NCBI GenBank assembly: GCA_964016885.1
Contig: CAXHJY010000948.1
Coordinates: 1 to 42,092, forward strand
DNA from: Eledone cirrhosa
Taxonomy: Eukaryota
Direction of reading: 5' to 3'
DNA length: 42,092 nucleotides
The notes beneath the pieces are model-generated. The model ran no database searches. It was given only the letters and a program-made list of their open reading frames with translations, and was not told the DNA's origin. Made by a program: the position numbers and the translations under genes. Positions 28,985 to 42,092 of this stretch are shown here, in pieces (the stretch's first letter is position 1; every line of letters begins with the position of its first letter).

Positions 28985-30717
28985 TTAATTAGGTTTATAA
29001 TATTTAAATGTTTTTTTTAGTTTATGATTACACGATATAATTAATTCCTGTCGTTTATTTAATAGGATATCCTTAGATTTCATTATTTCAAATAGTTCTT
29101 GGGAACATAATCTACATTCATTTCTATTATTTTGATAAGGGGTGGCTCTTTTGAGCACACTCCAGGTCAAATCATATTCTATATTCTTATTTTTATAACT
29201 ATTGATTTTTTCTGCTAGAGATGTTGTATTAGCCAGTGCGGCATTTTTAAAAAACTATGCTTGTGGGTATTAAACCTTGTCTTAAAATTGTTAGAGGTAG
29301 CTCCTATATATGAGCAAATAGAATCTTTAGTTTTAACATTACATTTATAGACTATGTTGTTAACAAGACAATTCCCTTTTAATGGGCAGTTTGCTTTGTT
29401 TCTACAGTTACAACCTTTCGTTAATTCTGTATTTGAGGAGATATTATGGTTAATTTGATGTACTGGTGGTATACTTATGGTTTTCTTACATTTATATGCA
29501 TTATAGGCACTTATATTTTGTTTTATGTTATTTGTTGTTGAGTATGAGAATTTAACTGTAGACCTATTTAAGATTTGATGGTATTTGTGGTTTGGCGGGA
29601 AGTTTTTCTCTAGGATATAAAAAAATTTTTTAGCAATATTATCCTTAATTTGTAAATTAAATGGAGCATTATACCAAGTAACCCGTCTATTACGGTTTCT
29701 ATGTTGTTTATTATTTTTATTATTTTTATAGGTTGTATCGTGATGTTTACTAGGAGGATTAATGTTAATGATCTCACCACAACCATTTTTAGTTATATTT
29801 GTAGATTTAGGTGTTTTATCTTTTTTATTAGGAGTTTTATTATTAATATTTATTAGAGTTGTATGATGAGTAGTTTTTTGAGAGTTACTATATTTTATAT
29901 TAGAAGATTTGGTATTTTGGGGTATAGTGTGGGTGGCATTTAGGTGTGTACTTTTCATTTGGTGTTTGTTGGTAATATTAGGTTGTATGCTTTTAGTATT
30001 TTTAGTAGAAGGTATATATTCTAATCTATTTTTGTGGCCACTTCTATCTAGAGCTTCGTTATACAAGGTCGCATTTTTATCAAATACATCTTGGTTAGAA
30101 GAAAGGTTAGAAATTCTAAGTGATATATTATATGCAAGGTTTTTAAGGATAGATTTAGGGTGATTAGATTGTGAGTGTATGTAATGTAAGTTTTGGTTTG
30201 GTTTATGGTAAGGTTGGTAGATACCCGTAGCTAAATCTAAAGTTATATCTAGGAAATTTACTACTTTACTTGTTTTTTCAAAAGTAATATGAAGATTATA
30301 ATAGTCTTTAAGGAAAGTTCTAATATGTTTTTTGTTTTTTTCAATTTCTGAAAGGCTAAGGTTGTTAGAAAGAAGAAGACAGTCATCACGATATAAACCA
30401 CCTTTGAGGTGGGGAAAGGAGGCATTTATGTTGAAAAGGAGAAAGAGGCCCACAAGATCAGTAATTTGGGCGGAATCGCTTGAACCCATAGTAATATCAA
30501 ATAGATTACTATATGTGTTTCTGGTCCAGTATTCATTCTGAAATTCAATAAGTGTTAGTCTAGCATGTGTAATAATATTAATGTCATCCAAAGTTAAGTT
30601 AGATCTATTTTTAGCAAATATCAATGCTTTGTTCAGGAGTATAGGTGATATAGAAGAATAGTAATTATCTATATCAAATTGTAGAAATGAAGCAGAAGAT
30701 TTACATCTAATATTTTT
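28985..30717 (-). pseudogene. PLE reverse transcriptase + GIY-YIG endonuclease (5'-truncated, single frameshift near 29245)
   Basis: FLQFDIDNYYSSI, DITMGSSDSAQITDLVG, GGLYRDD, VNFLDITLDL, SNHPKS, CNCRNKANCPLKGNCL, YIGATSNNFKTRFNTHKHSF and CRLCSQE. Confidence 0.93.
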
Positions 30718-31113
30718 ATATATATATATATATATTTATAATATATATATATATGTATATATATAGATGTATGTGTATATATATATATATATATGTGTAT
30801 ATGTATCTCTATTATTGTGTGTATATATGTATATGTATATACCTTTTTCTTTGTATGTCTGAGTTGTGTGAGAGTGTAGTGGTGTTTGTATGTATATACG
30901 CATATATGGATGCGTATGTATTTGTATATACGAGTATATGTAAGTGCGTATGTATGTATGAATATATATCTATGTCTATGTATGAGTATATATGTGTGTG
31001 TATGTATGTTGTGTGTGTATGTATGTATGTGTCTATGTGTGTATATATATATATATGTGTGTATATGTATGTATGTATGTGTATGTATGTACATATATGT
31101 CTATGTATATGTG

Positions 31114-31158
<45 letters not shown>

Positions 31159-31571
31159 TTATTTTATATATATGTGTGTGTGTGTATGTGTGTGTGTGTA
31201 TATATATCTTTATATATGTGTATGTGTATGTTCGTGTAGGTGTATGTGTGTGTATGACTATATATGTATGTGTGTATGTGTGTATGTATGTATATGTATG
31301 TGTGAGTACATGTATGTATGTGTATGTATATATATGTGTGTATATGTGTATGTATATATATATATATATATGTGTATATATATATATATATGTATATGTA
31401 TCTCTATTTGTATGTGTATATGTGTATAGGTATATACCTTTTTCTTTGTATGTCTGAGTTGTGTGAGAGTGTAGTGGTGTTTGTATGTATATAAGTATGT
31501 ATGTGTATGTATATGTGCGTGTATGTGTATATATATGTGTGTCTATATATGTATGTGTGATTATATGTGTA

Positions 31572-31612
<41 letters not shown>

Positions 31613-32355
31613 GTATGTGTGTATATGTGTGTATGTGTGTATATGTATATGTTTATATATGTGTGTGTATGTGTGTTCTAAGTGTAGATGTGTGTATATG
31701 TATATATATATGTATATATATATATATATATATTTTTTCTTGATATATTTCTTTTTTCTTTTTTCTTTTTCTTTTCTTTCCTTTTTAATTTTAATTTTTT
31801 ATTTCTTAGTTTATAGATACATCTATAAATAAGCAGTCTGCCAAACCGTTGAATACTGACCTCTCCCCCCCTCCCACCTAATTTCTGTATCTTGATCTAA
31901 ATGTGTGTGGCAGTGTTTATGTGAGTGAATTAATATCCATGTGCTTATGATAATATTATATCCACATATATATATGTGTGTGGGGGTGTGTGTGTGTATG
32001 TATGTTCGTAATTATGTGTATGTTTATGCATATACGCGCGCGTGTGTGTGAGAGTACGGATATGTGTGAGTATGAGAATATGTGTATACACTTATTTCAT
32101 ATTTATGTGTCTATACGCATCTTATCTGTGCATTATAAACTTACAGAGACATTAACCTTGAAATTTTGTATTTGCATGCATCTTTTTGGCATGCGTATGC
32201 ATGTTGAGCATACATCTTTGTATAAATATGTGTACGGGGTAGTTACATGTATATACACACGCCAAACTGCATAAAACCTTTTGTATTTTCATTGGTCAAT
32301 TTTGTTCCCAAACGGACCTGAAATTTTGAATTGTTGTTATTATCAATAAATATAT

Positions 32356-32510
32356 TTCATTATTTCTGAAGACGGCGTATATGTGTGTTTGGTATGTATA
32401 TTTAATCTTGATAGTTTGTATAATTTTGTATAATTTTGTACATAGATCTGTTGAATATGCATGCCAATTCTAACACATATATATCCTAGAAACGATCGTT
32501 AAATAATGAA
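32356..32510 (+). ncRNA. Hammerhead ribozyme with 116-nt stem II insertion (mirror copy 25208-25362 on -, core CTGAAGG)
   Basis: ttcattattt-CTGAAGA(32366-32372)-116 nt-GAAA(32489-32492)-cgatcg-TT-aaataatgaa, with a 10-bp perfect stem I and palindromic ACGATCGT. Confidence 0.72.
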
Positions 32511-32564
32511 CTTTTTTTGTTTAATATAAGGAACTGTTTCATTGTTTTATTCATTATTTGTTTA

Positions 32565-32610
<46 letters not shown>

Positions 32611-32627
32611 CATATATATTTAGTTAC

Positions 32628-32660
<33 letters not shown>

Positions 32661-32745
32661 TATATATATAGAGAGCTACACATATATATATATAGATACA
32701 TACATACAGTCTGTCAGCAGACATAGCCTCTCACGTTGGGAATGT

Positions 32746-34195
32746 TTGCAGATTTTCAGCAATCCTGATATGGTCGATCTGGGCCGTATCAGTGATGTTA
32801 ATCCCCAACACACTATATCAGACATAACGTTTGGCGCCCCTGATGTCTTAGCGGCGATAAACGAAATTAAACACAATTCAGCAGTAGGCACCGACAGGTT
32901 CCCTGCTTGTGTCCTGAAGGTGTGTCGACATCAAATTGCAACTCCTCTTGCTAATCTTTGGAGGAACTCACTGGACACTGGCTATATTCCTGAAAACTTT
33001 CTTTCCCAGTCCGTTGTCCCAGTCTTCAAAAAGGGAAATAAGTCCCTTGCAGTGAACTACCGTCCGATCTCACTCACCTCTCATATTATCAAGGTATTTG
33101 AGAGGGTGATGAGATCACGGATAACCCATTTTCTTGAAAGCAACAGCCTGCTGAACTTCAAACAACATGGGTTCTGTAATTTAAGGGACTGCCTAACGCA
33201 GCTCCTGCATCACTTTCACGATGTTTTGAGAGCCTTGGGAGAGGGCTCCAACACTGATGTCATCTACCTAGATTTCAGGAAGGCCTTCGACAGGGTTGAT
33301 CATAAGATTCTACTGAAAAAACTATCCAATATTGGTGTCTCTGGAAAGTTACTACAGTGGATCAAATGTTTCCTGACAGACAGAACCCAACATGTTGTAT
33401 TCGAAGGAGCAAAATCAAGCCCTGCCAAAGTCAGCCGTTGCATCCCACAAGGCACTGTGTTGGGCCCACTTCTTTTCATCATCTACATTAATGACATTAC
33501 TGACATCATCAAGCACAGCAACATAAGAATCTTCGAAGATTATTTCAAGCTTCAAAGGGTCATCAATGAGGTGGGTGACCAGACTTGCCTTCAGTCAGAC
33601 CTAGTGGCTGTTATCCAATGGGTAGAAAAGAATAATATGCTCCTGAAAGAGGATAAGTTTAAATTAATCCACTTTCGAAAAAGGATGCCCTGAAACTACC
33701 ATACTCTCTTCCTTCAGGTGAAACTCGAGTGGCATCCAATAACATCAGAGACCTGGGAGTAATTGTGGACAACAACATAAGCTGGACCACTCATATAAAC
33801 AGCAAAATTTATATGGCCCGCAGAATGTGTTCCTGGATTCTCAGAACTTTCCAGTCGAGAGATATCCACACTGTTGTCCTTTTCTTCTCCACTTTTACCC
33901 GACCCCACCTTGAATACTGTTATCCACTGTGGTCACCCCACACGAAACAAAGTATCATGAAAGTTGAAGCACCCCAAAGGTCAATTACAAAAAAGATAGT
34001 TGGCATGACAGGCCTTGACTATTGGAGTCGATTAGAAAAGCTCAACCTTTATTCTCTTCAACGTCGCCGTCAGCGCTACATTATCTGCATGATGTGGAAA
34101 ATATTCCATCAGCTTTGCCCAAATGATGTTGGGATCACCTTTAATGTACACCAAAGTCTTGGGCCCCGTGCTATCCGCCCACGGCAAAAATCACA
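32746..34195 (+). mobile_element. LINE (CR1/L2/Jockey group) ORF2 RT fragment, degenerate
   Basis: NYRPISLTSHIIKVFERV, QHGF, YLDFRKAFDRV, IPQGTVLGPLLFIIYINDI, IFEDY (mutated FADD), RPHLEYC and YSLQRRR. Frameshift near 33680. Confidence 0.92.
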
Positions 34196-34196
34196 C

Positions 34197-36604
34197 CACT
34201 GCTACTATCGATCTCCAGAAGATTGCAGCGGATCAACAGGATAACGAGGAACTGGTACAGCTCCGGAAATCATCCTTGAAATTGCAGGAATACCCGCTGC
34301 CCTCTTCTTCAGGTTATATTTGATGCGAGACCTCCATAGGCCACGAGCGCCCATACGTGCCCCGGAAACATCGACGCGACGTTTTTTCGGCACTGCATTC
34401 TCTGGCACATCCTGGCATCCGTGCCATGCAGAAACTGATGGTTGCCCGCTTTGTGTGGCCCAACATCAACAAGGACACCCGCGAATGGGCTAGGAACTGT
34501 ATCACGTGCCTGAAGGCGAAAATTCACCGGCACATCAAAGCCCCGATCAGATCTTTCGCAACACCTGATGCAAGGTTCCAACATGTGCACATAGACATCG
34601 TTGGAGCTTTGCCTCCTTCTCACAACTACACTCATCTTCTCACCTGTGTCGACCGATTTTCTCGCTGGCCAGAAGCTTTTCTCCTGACGGATATTACCGC
34701 GGAAACTGTCGCCAAAACGCTAGTGTTTCACTGGATTTCGCGTTTCGGCACACCCGCGACCATCACTACGGATAGAGGACATCAGTTCGATTCGCACCTC
34801 TTTACCGATCTGACTCGTCTCCTCGGGTGTAAACACATCCGTAAAACGGCGTATCACCCTGCAGCTAACGGCGTGGTTGAACGTTTCCACCGTCAGCTAA
34901 AAGCAACCACCAAGGGTTACGCAGACTCCACTAACTGGTTCGAATACCTCCCACTCATTCTTCTTGGTATTCGTTCCACTGTTAATGAGTGAGTCGGAAA
35001 TTCTCCGGCTGAAAAGGTTTATGGCACGGTACTCGCTCTACCCGGGCAAATGAGCGCTCCTGTTTCGCCTCAAGAACTTCCAAACCCAACAAAATATGTG
35101 CACCGTTTACGGTCAACGATGTCGCATCTGTCTCCTTCAGTCCCTAAACAACAGCACGTTACTTCACACATACCAAAAGACATCGATACATGGACGCAGG
35201 TTTTCGTTAGAAATGACAGTATTCCATCGCAACTTCGTCCGCCGTATTTCGGACCCTATAAGGTGATACAGAAACGCCCTAAGTATTTCGTCCTCGACTT
35301 GAACGGGAAACGAAATACTGTCTCCATTGACCGTTTAAAAAAAGCGTTCATGGAACAGGATTTGCCACCAGTACCCACCGTTTCTCCAGCAGACTCACCA
35401 ACAACTTTGCCCGACACAAACACGACAAATTCTGCACAACCCTGACACACCAAATCTGAAAGAACAGTTCGATGGCCCAAGCGATACGTATAAGCTTATC
35501 GGGTAAGTACATATTATGCACCTGGTCGACATTTTGGCTAATTTGTACATTTCAACGAATCGGCCAATTTCTGTGGTCATGAACTATTGCTACACACAAA
35601 TCAATTGACTCTGTGCATCATACACATCAAAAGAACAGACAAAAGAACATTATTCCATTTCTATGAAATGAATGAACTTTTAATCAACAAACTTTTCGTA
35701 TGAACATTTTCAATTTTATGCAACATCAGAGTACATTTTCCTGCATGTAAATTTGTTTTGCTTTGCATGTTTTCTTTCATTTCGCCTGTTTGTAAATGAC
35801 TTTCAAGTATTTTTTTTTTCTGATTTTCTTCAACAACACACCTAGTCATACTTATCTTAATTTCACATACACCTAGATTGTTCGATGTTAAGCTTTCTCA
35901 CTGGGGGTACTATAACGACGGCGAAGATTCGAAACCAAATCTGAGGTTTCCCGCCTCTGGGACAAGCCGTGGTTAGTTGTTTACGCCCGGCAGACCAACC
36001 CCTTGGGAGATGCTAACCACAGGTCAGATGTTGTTTACGCTTGGCAGAAAAGAGGTCAGATGATATATCCGTCCTTCTAACTTCAATCGTTATAAATACA
36101 AGGGTTGTTTACGCCAGGCAGACCAACCCCTTGGGAGATGCTAACCACAGGTCAGATGATATATCTATCCTTCTAACTTCAACCCTTATAAATACAAGGG
36201 TTGTTTACGCACGGCAGAAAAAATAAAACCACAGATAAGAGAGGACGTATTTTCACCAACGCTGTCAATACTCCCTTCACGAAAAACAGTCTGTCCATTA
36301 ATTTCTCACATGCCACTCCCGTCTGGCTGATTGAATCCTACTACTGCTAAGACAAGAAAGTATACTAATACGCACACACGCACACATAGTAAGTTCACAC
36401 TGTTTGCATTTTACATTCACCATTTCTGTCTGTCATATTGTATCTTTCAGATACAATACAAATTATATTAAAATCGTATTCTGTGATACTTGTATTTACG
36501 TGGCTCGAAGAACCACCAACTCCTTGTACGAATATTTCATATTATAGATTTTATCATTCAATATTCAAATTGAATATTGTTATAATTAAATAAACCTTGT
36601 AACA
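34197..36604 (+). mobile_element. Ty3/Gypsy LTR retrotransposon 3' part: integrase pseudogene (34200-35490), polypurine tract and 3' LTR
   Basis: HSLAHPG...CITC zinc finger, [33 protein letters not shown] and VSIDRLK, with in-frame stops. PPT-like tggggg lies before 35911. Confidence 0.9.
35911..36604 (+). repeat. Putative 3' LTR
   Basis: Starts TATAAC (TG>TA) right after the PPT and ends TGTAACA shortly after AATAAA. Internal direct repeats at ~35976-36030 and ~36103-36157. Confidence 0.65.
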
Positions 36605-37235
36605 ACACAATCCTGGTATTATTCTTTGCATTGAAACCATCATACCAACAATCCCATCTATTCGTTAAAAATATTATTATTAGTATTCGAAAAACTCAGA
36701 TTATATATATATACATATATATACATATATATTTATATATATACATACATATGGTGGCTGCCAACTCGTTTTCGAGTACGGCCACTACTTTATATCCATG
36801 TAGGAGAACCCCCACCGATGCGCTGAACGAGTGTGACTTTTTAGTCTAGCCAGCAACTTGAAAAATCTGGTACAAACACTGCACTTATCACAATTATTGA
36901 CACAGTGCTGGGCACATGGTACCATGTGACGACAAGTGCAGAGAGATCTCCAGATATAAAGCAATGCCTGTGCCGTGAAGCTTTTATAGTGAGCAAAGGC
37001 ACTGCACAAAGCCAGTCCCACTCTCTTAACCAAGATGATATTTACCAAAAAGAAGAACAAGTCAACATCATTGGATACCATCAGGGTTGCAGGTGTTATA
37101 TCAGAGTTTTCCTTCTCCTAGAATTCTGCCTTGACAAAGGCTAAGGGGTCATCTCTCCCGATGATATATATATATACATATTTATATATATCCATACATA
37201 TATATATATATATACATATTTATATATATCCATAC

Positions 37236-37268
<33 letters not shown>

Positions 37269-37357
37269 CATATTTATATATATATCCATACATATATATA
37301 TATATACATATTTATATATATCCATACATATATATATATACATATATATAACCATAC

Positions 37358-37424
<67 letters not shown>

Positions 37425-37661
37425 CATATATATATACATATATATATATATACATATATATACATATATATACATATATATATACATATATATATATATA
37501 CATATATATACATATATATATACATATATATATATATACATATATATACATATATATATACATATATATATATATACATATATATACATATATATATATA
37601 TACATATATATACATATATATATACATATATATATATACATATATATATACATATATATAC

Positions 37662-37744
<83 letters not shown>

Positions 37745-37771
37745 CATATATATATATTTACATATATATAC

Positions 37772-37818
<47 letters not shown>

Positions 37819-37847
37819 AATATATATATATACATATATATATATAC

Positions 37848-37896
<49 letters not shown>

Positions 37897-37897
37897 A

Positions 37898-37937
<40 letters not shown>

Positions 37938-38045
37938 ATATCCATACATATATATATCCATCCATATATATATATACATATATATATCCATACATATATA
38001 TATATATCCATACATATATATATATACATATATATATAGCCATAC

Positions 38046-38077
<32 letters not shown>

Positions 38078-38134
38078 GTGTATATATATATATATGTATA
38101 TATATGTATATATATATATGTATATATATATATG

Positions 38135-38168
<34 letters not shown>

Positions 38169-38242
38169 TATTTATATATATACATGTTTATATATATATA
38201 TATGTATATATATGTATATATATATATGTATATATATATATG

Positions 38243-38276
<34 letters not shown>

Positions 38277-38403
38277 TATTTATATATATACATGTTTATA
38301 TATATACATACATATATATATACATATATATATATATACACATATATATATACATATATATATATACATATATATACATATATATATATATACATATATA
38401 TAC

Positions 38404-38445
<42 letters not shown>

Positions 38446-38514
38446 ATATATATATATACCTATATATATATATATATACCTATATATATATATACCTATA
38501 TATATATATATATA

Positions 38515-38696
<182 letters not shown>

Positions 38697-38744
38697 GTTG
38701 TTATATAGTAAGGTGCATTATTGGTTGTGTAAAATGGTTCATTT

Positions 38745-38832
38745 TCATTTTCACCTGATGAGATCAGTGATAATCGATCATGGCTTCACGATCGATCTAT
38801 CTCTTATTGAAACATGTGTCGTAATTAAATGA
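38745..38832 (+). ncRNA. Hammerhead-like motif in a small pLTR remnant
   Basis: CTGATGA(38755-38761)-stem II with atcgatc/gatcgat-GAAA(38809-38812)-catgtg-TC. Stem I is weak. Confidence 0.6.
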
Positions 38833-39154
38833 TTGGAATTTTACCTTGCCTTCGGATTTTCATTTTGACATATATACATATATATATATATAAATATATA
38901 TATACATATATATACATATATATACACATATATATATACATATATATAGAGATAAATATATATACATATATATACATATATATATATACACATATATATA
39001 TACATATATATAGAGATAAATATACACGTTTTATTTACAATCCTTTAAAATTTATAATGGTATTAGAATGAAATAGTAATTGAACAAGTATTTCCTGCTT
39101 TCACAATCTTAAGGTTCATAATGTGTGGTGACAGTAAATTTTGCAATTTTCAAC

Positions 39155-39210
<56 letters not shown>

Positions 39211-39217
39211 TATATAC

Positions 39218-39248
<31 letters not shown>

Positions 39249-39268
39249 CATATATATATACATATATT

Positions 39269-39308
<40 letters not shown>

Positions 39309-39321
39309 TATACATATACAT

Positions 39322-39429
39322 AGACACTGGTCTGTTGGAGACGCAGGACATGGCAGCGATAATGAGGGACAGAGACCGCTGGAGAGAACTCGTCCATGGA
39401 TCTCGGGAATTTTACCCGCCTTAGAATAG

Positions 39430-39432
<3 letters not shown>
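39322..39432 (+). mobile_element. 3' end of an RTE-like LINE
   Basis: [26 protein letters not shown] matches the DRxxWR C-terminal motif. Short agaatagaa tail, embedded in (TA)n. Confidence 0.6.
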
Positions 39433-39482
<50 letters not shown>

Positions 39483-39712
39483 TTACATATATATACATAT
39501 TCATATATATACATATATATATATACATATTCATATATATACATATACATATATATACATATACATATATATACATATACATATATATACATATACATAT
39601 ATATACATATACATATATATACATATACATATATATACATATACATATATATACATATACATATACATATATACACATATATATATATATATATACATTT
39701 ATATATATATAA

Positions 39713-39743
<31 letters not shown>

Positions 39744-39850
39744 CATTTATATATATACATATATATATACATATATATATATACATTTATATATATATAC
39801 ATATATGTATAAATATATATATATATATATATACATTTATATATATATAC

Positions 39851-39901
<51 letters not shown>

Positions 39902-39960
39902 CATATATATATACATATATATATATATATACACATATATATATATACATATATATATAT

Positions 39961-40988
39961 AACTTTGAATAACTTTGAAATGTTTTGGCCAGTATTGGCC
40001 CAGGCCATGTCTAACTTAATAGCACCACCTGGCGAAGTCTTTCAATTCAGGATTTGGGCACCATGGCCCATTCGAGAAGAGAATTACTGTTTGCGGAGAC
40101 ATATCCGGGTGTGGGTGGTTTGTCCGGGATTACTTGGAGGAATTTGTCCAAAGACTTCTTGAATTTTGTGTGGTCAGTTTCTGTTTTGACGTGTCCTGGT
40201 GTGATGTTGAAGAGAGCAGGGCCGATTGAGGTGAAATAATTGTGCCGTATTGTTGTTATGAGTTGCGATTTAGATTTTTGAATGGGACGGATAGCACGGG
40301 GCCCAAGCCTTGGGTGTATCTTGAAGGCGATGCCAACATCATTTGGGCAGTGATGATGGAACATTTTCCACATCATGCAGATAATATAACGCTCACGGCG
40401 ACGTTGGAGTGAGTAAAGTTTCAGGTTTTCTAATCGACCCCAGTAGTCAAGGTCTGACATGCCATCTATCTTTTTCGTGATTGCCCTTTGAGGAGCTTCA
40501 AGTTTCATGATACTTTGTTTCGTGTGGGGAGACCACAGTGGACAACAGTATTCAAGGTGTGGTCGGGCGAAAGTAGAGATGAGAAGGATAATGGTGCGGG
40601 AATCTCTCGACTGGAAGGTTCTGAGGATCCAGGAACACATTCTGTGGGCCATGTCAACTTTGCTGCTTATATGCGTGGTCCAGCTTATGTTGCTGTCCAC
40701 GGTTACTCCCAAGTCTCTGATGTTGTTAGATGCCACGAGAGTTTCCCCGGAGGGAAGGGAGTACGGGAGTTTCAGAGCATCCTCTTTTCCAAAGTGGATC
40801 AGTTCGAATTTGTCTTCGTTCAGTAACATGTTGTTCTTTTCTGCCCATTGGGTAACAGCCAGTAAGTCTGACTGAAGGCTTATCCGGTCATCCACGCCAT
40901 TGATGACCTTTTGGAGCTTGGAATCATCAGCGAAAATTTTAATGTTGCTGTGTTTGATGATGTCAGTGATGTCATTAATATAGATGAT
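39961..40988 (-). mobile_element. 5'-truncated LINE, same family as 32746-34195, with intact 3' end
   Basis: Open frame [26 protein letters not shown]...[13 protein letters not shown]...EWAMVPKS* (stop 40047-40049). The 3' tail is tandem ttcaaagtt running into (TA)n. Confidence 0.92.
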
Positions 40989-41034
40989 ATATATATATAT
41001 ACATATATATATATACATATATATATATAAACAC

Positions 41035-41065
<31 letters not shown>

Positions 41066-41106
41066 CATATATATATACATATATATATATACATATATAT
41101 ATATAC

Positions 41107-41155
<49 letters not shown>

Positions 41156-41414
41156 CACCTATATATATACACATATATATACACGAATATATATATATAC
41201 ACACATATATATATATACATATACATATATATATACATATATATATACATATATATATATATACATATTGTTATCCTTTGGGAGGGTCATGTTGCCAATA
41301 AGAAACAGACGCACCAGTTGCTTTCACTTCAATTTATTATATATTTATAAATTTATAAATTTATAAATATCTGGTTGGTTGGTTGGTTCCACCACCAGAT
41401 AGTTGTTTATATAT

Positions 41415-41459
41415 AGTCATAGTTCTTTCGTCACACACTCTGTGACCTCTTCAGTGACT
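41415..41459 (-). ncRNA. Type I hammerhead ribozyme in a probable inverted pLTR (~41268-41554)
   Basis: agtca-CTGAAGA-g gtcaca gagtg tgtgac-GAAA-gaac-TA-tgact. Confidence 0.8.
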
Positions 41460-41554
41460 GGGGATTCCTTTCTTTGTTTCTGTGCCTCTCCTTTGTTCTG
41501 TCCTACGCCATTTTGTTTCTGTGTGTGTGTTGTGTGCTCAGTCTGCGCATGCGC

Positions 41555-42092
41555 CACATCCACCAGAGCATTAGAGTTACTATAGACTACCCAAGTAAAC
41601 ACCCCAACCATCGATTACCTGTACTAGACACAGAGCTCTGGTTAGATACCATTAACAACAAAAAACAAATCCTCCATTCCCATTATGCCAAACCCATGAC
41701 TTCCAAACATCTGATCCACCGAAACTCGGCCATTTCGGACCATACCAAAATCAACATACTGATTGCGGATTTGGTACAGGTGATGAGAAACGTGTCCCGC
41801 ATGTGCAACCCCAAAGAACTAGAGAGACACATACAACACTTCATCCACCGTATGCAGTTCTCTGGCTACAATCAGAGAGATAAAATCAGAGTGTATAGAG
41901 GAGCCAGAACCAAATGGGAAAAAATGGTAAATAATGACATAAATGGGACCTGCCCCTTGTATAGGAGCAAATTTTGGAATAGAATAGAAAGAACTAGGAA
42001 CAAGGCTAATAGAATAAACACATGGTATGATAGCAATAAATACCAGAGTGTAATGTTCATCGATACAACCGCTAGAGGTGAATTCGCTTACA
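41555..42092 (+). mobile_element. 5'-truncated PLE of a different clade (Neptune-like RT C-terminus/thumb), runs off window
   Basis: Open frame HIHQSIRVTIDYPSKHPNHRLPVLDTELW...HYAKPMTS...SAISDHTKINIL...RMQFSGY...PLYRSKFW...WYDSNKYQSVMFIDTT. Not listed in the ORF track. Confidence 0.75.

Noticed and set aside
36750-37162. Unique-sequence island with short ORFs, possibly a decayed non-LTR element C-terminus
   Set aside because: No motif I can assign with confidence. A translated search would be needed.
40989-41204. N-terminal extension of the 385-aa ORF
   Set aside because: Microsatellite read in frame with a 5'-truncated LINE.

Overview
AT-rich eukaryotic (invertebrate-like, possibly cephalopod; inference only) intergenic window with no host gene. 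It is a nest of mobile elements, most of them sitting in (TA)n microsatellite tracts. It holds at least six coding fragments of Penelope-like elements (PLEs; RT/GIY-YIG), several with inverted pseudo-LTRs, an internally deleted Helitron with both termini, two copies of a CR1/L2-group LINE, a Gypsy integrase plus 3' LTR, an RTE tail and a tRNA-derived SINE. The hidden layer is RNA. By eye I count about 33 type I hammerhead ribozyme (HHR) motifs, some of them degenerate. Fourteen lie in a 4.4-kb head-to-head palindromic array of apparently identical 310-bp retrozyme-like monomers (4208-8604), and the inversion point of that array coincides with the predicted self-cleavage site. A second, sequence-unrelated ~428-bp HHR repeat next to it has the same ribozyme architecture. 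Several HHR core variants (U3-A8, U4C, U4A) also occur. Nearly all Y/I-rich ORFs in the supplied track are microsatellite artefacts.
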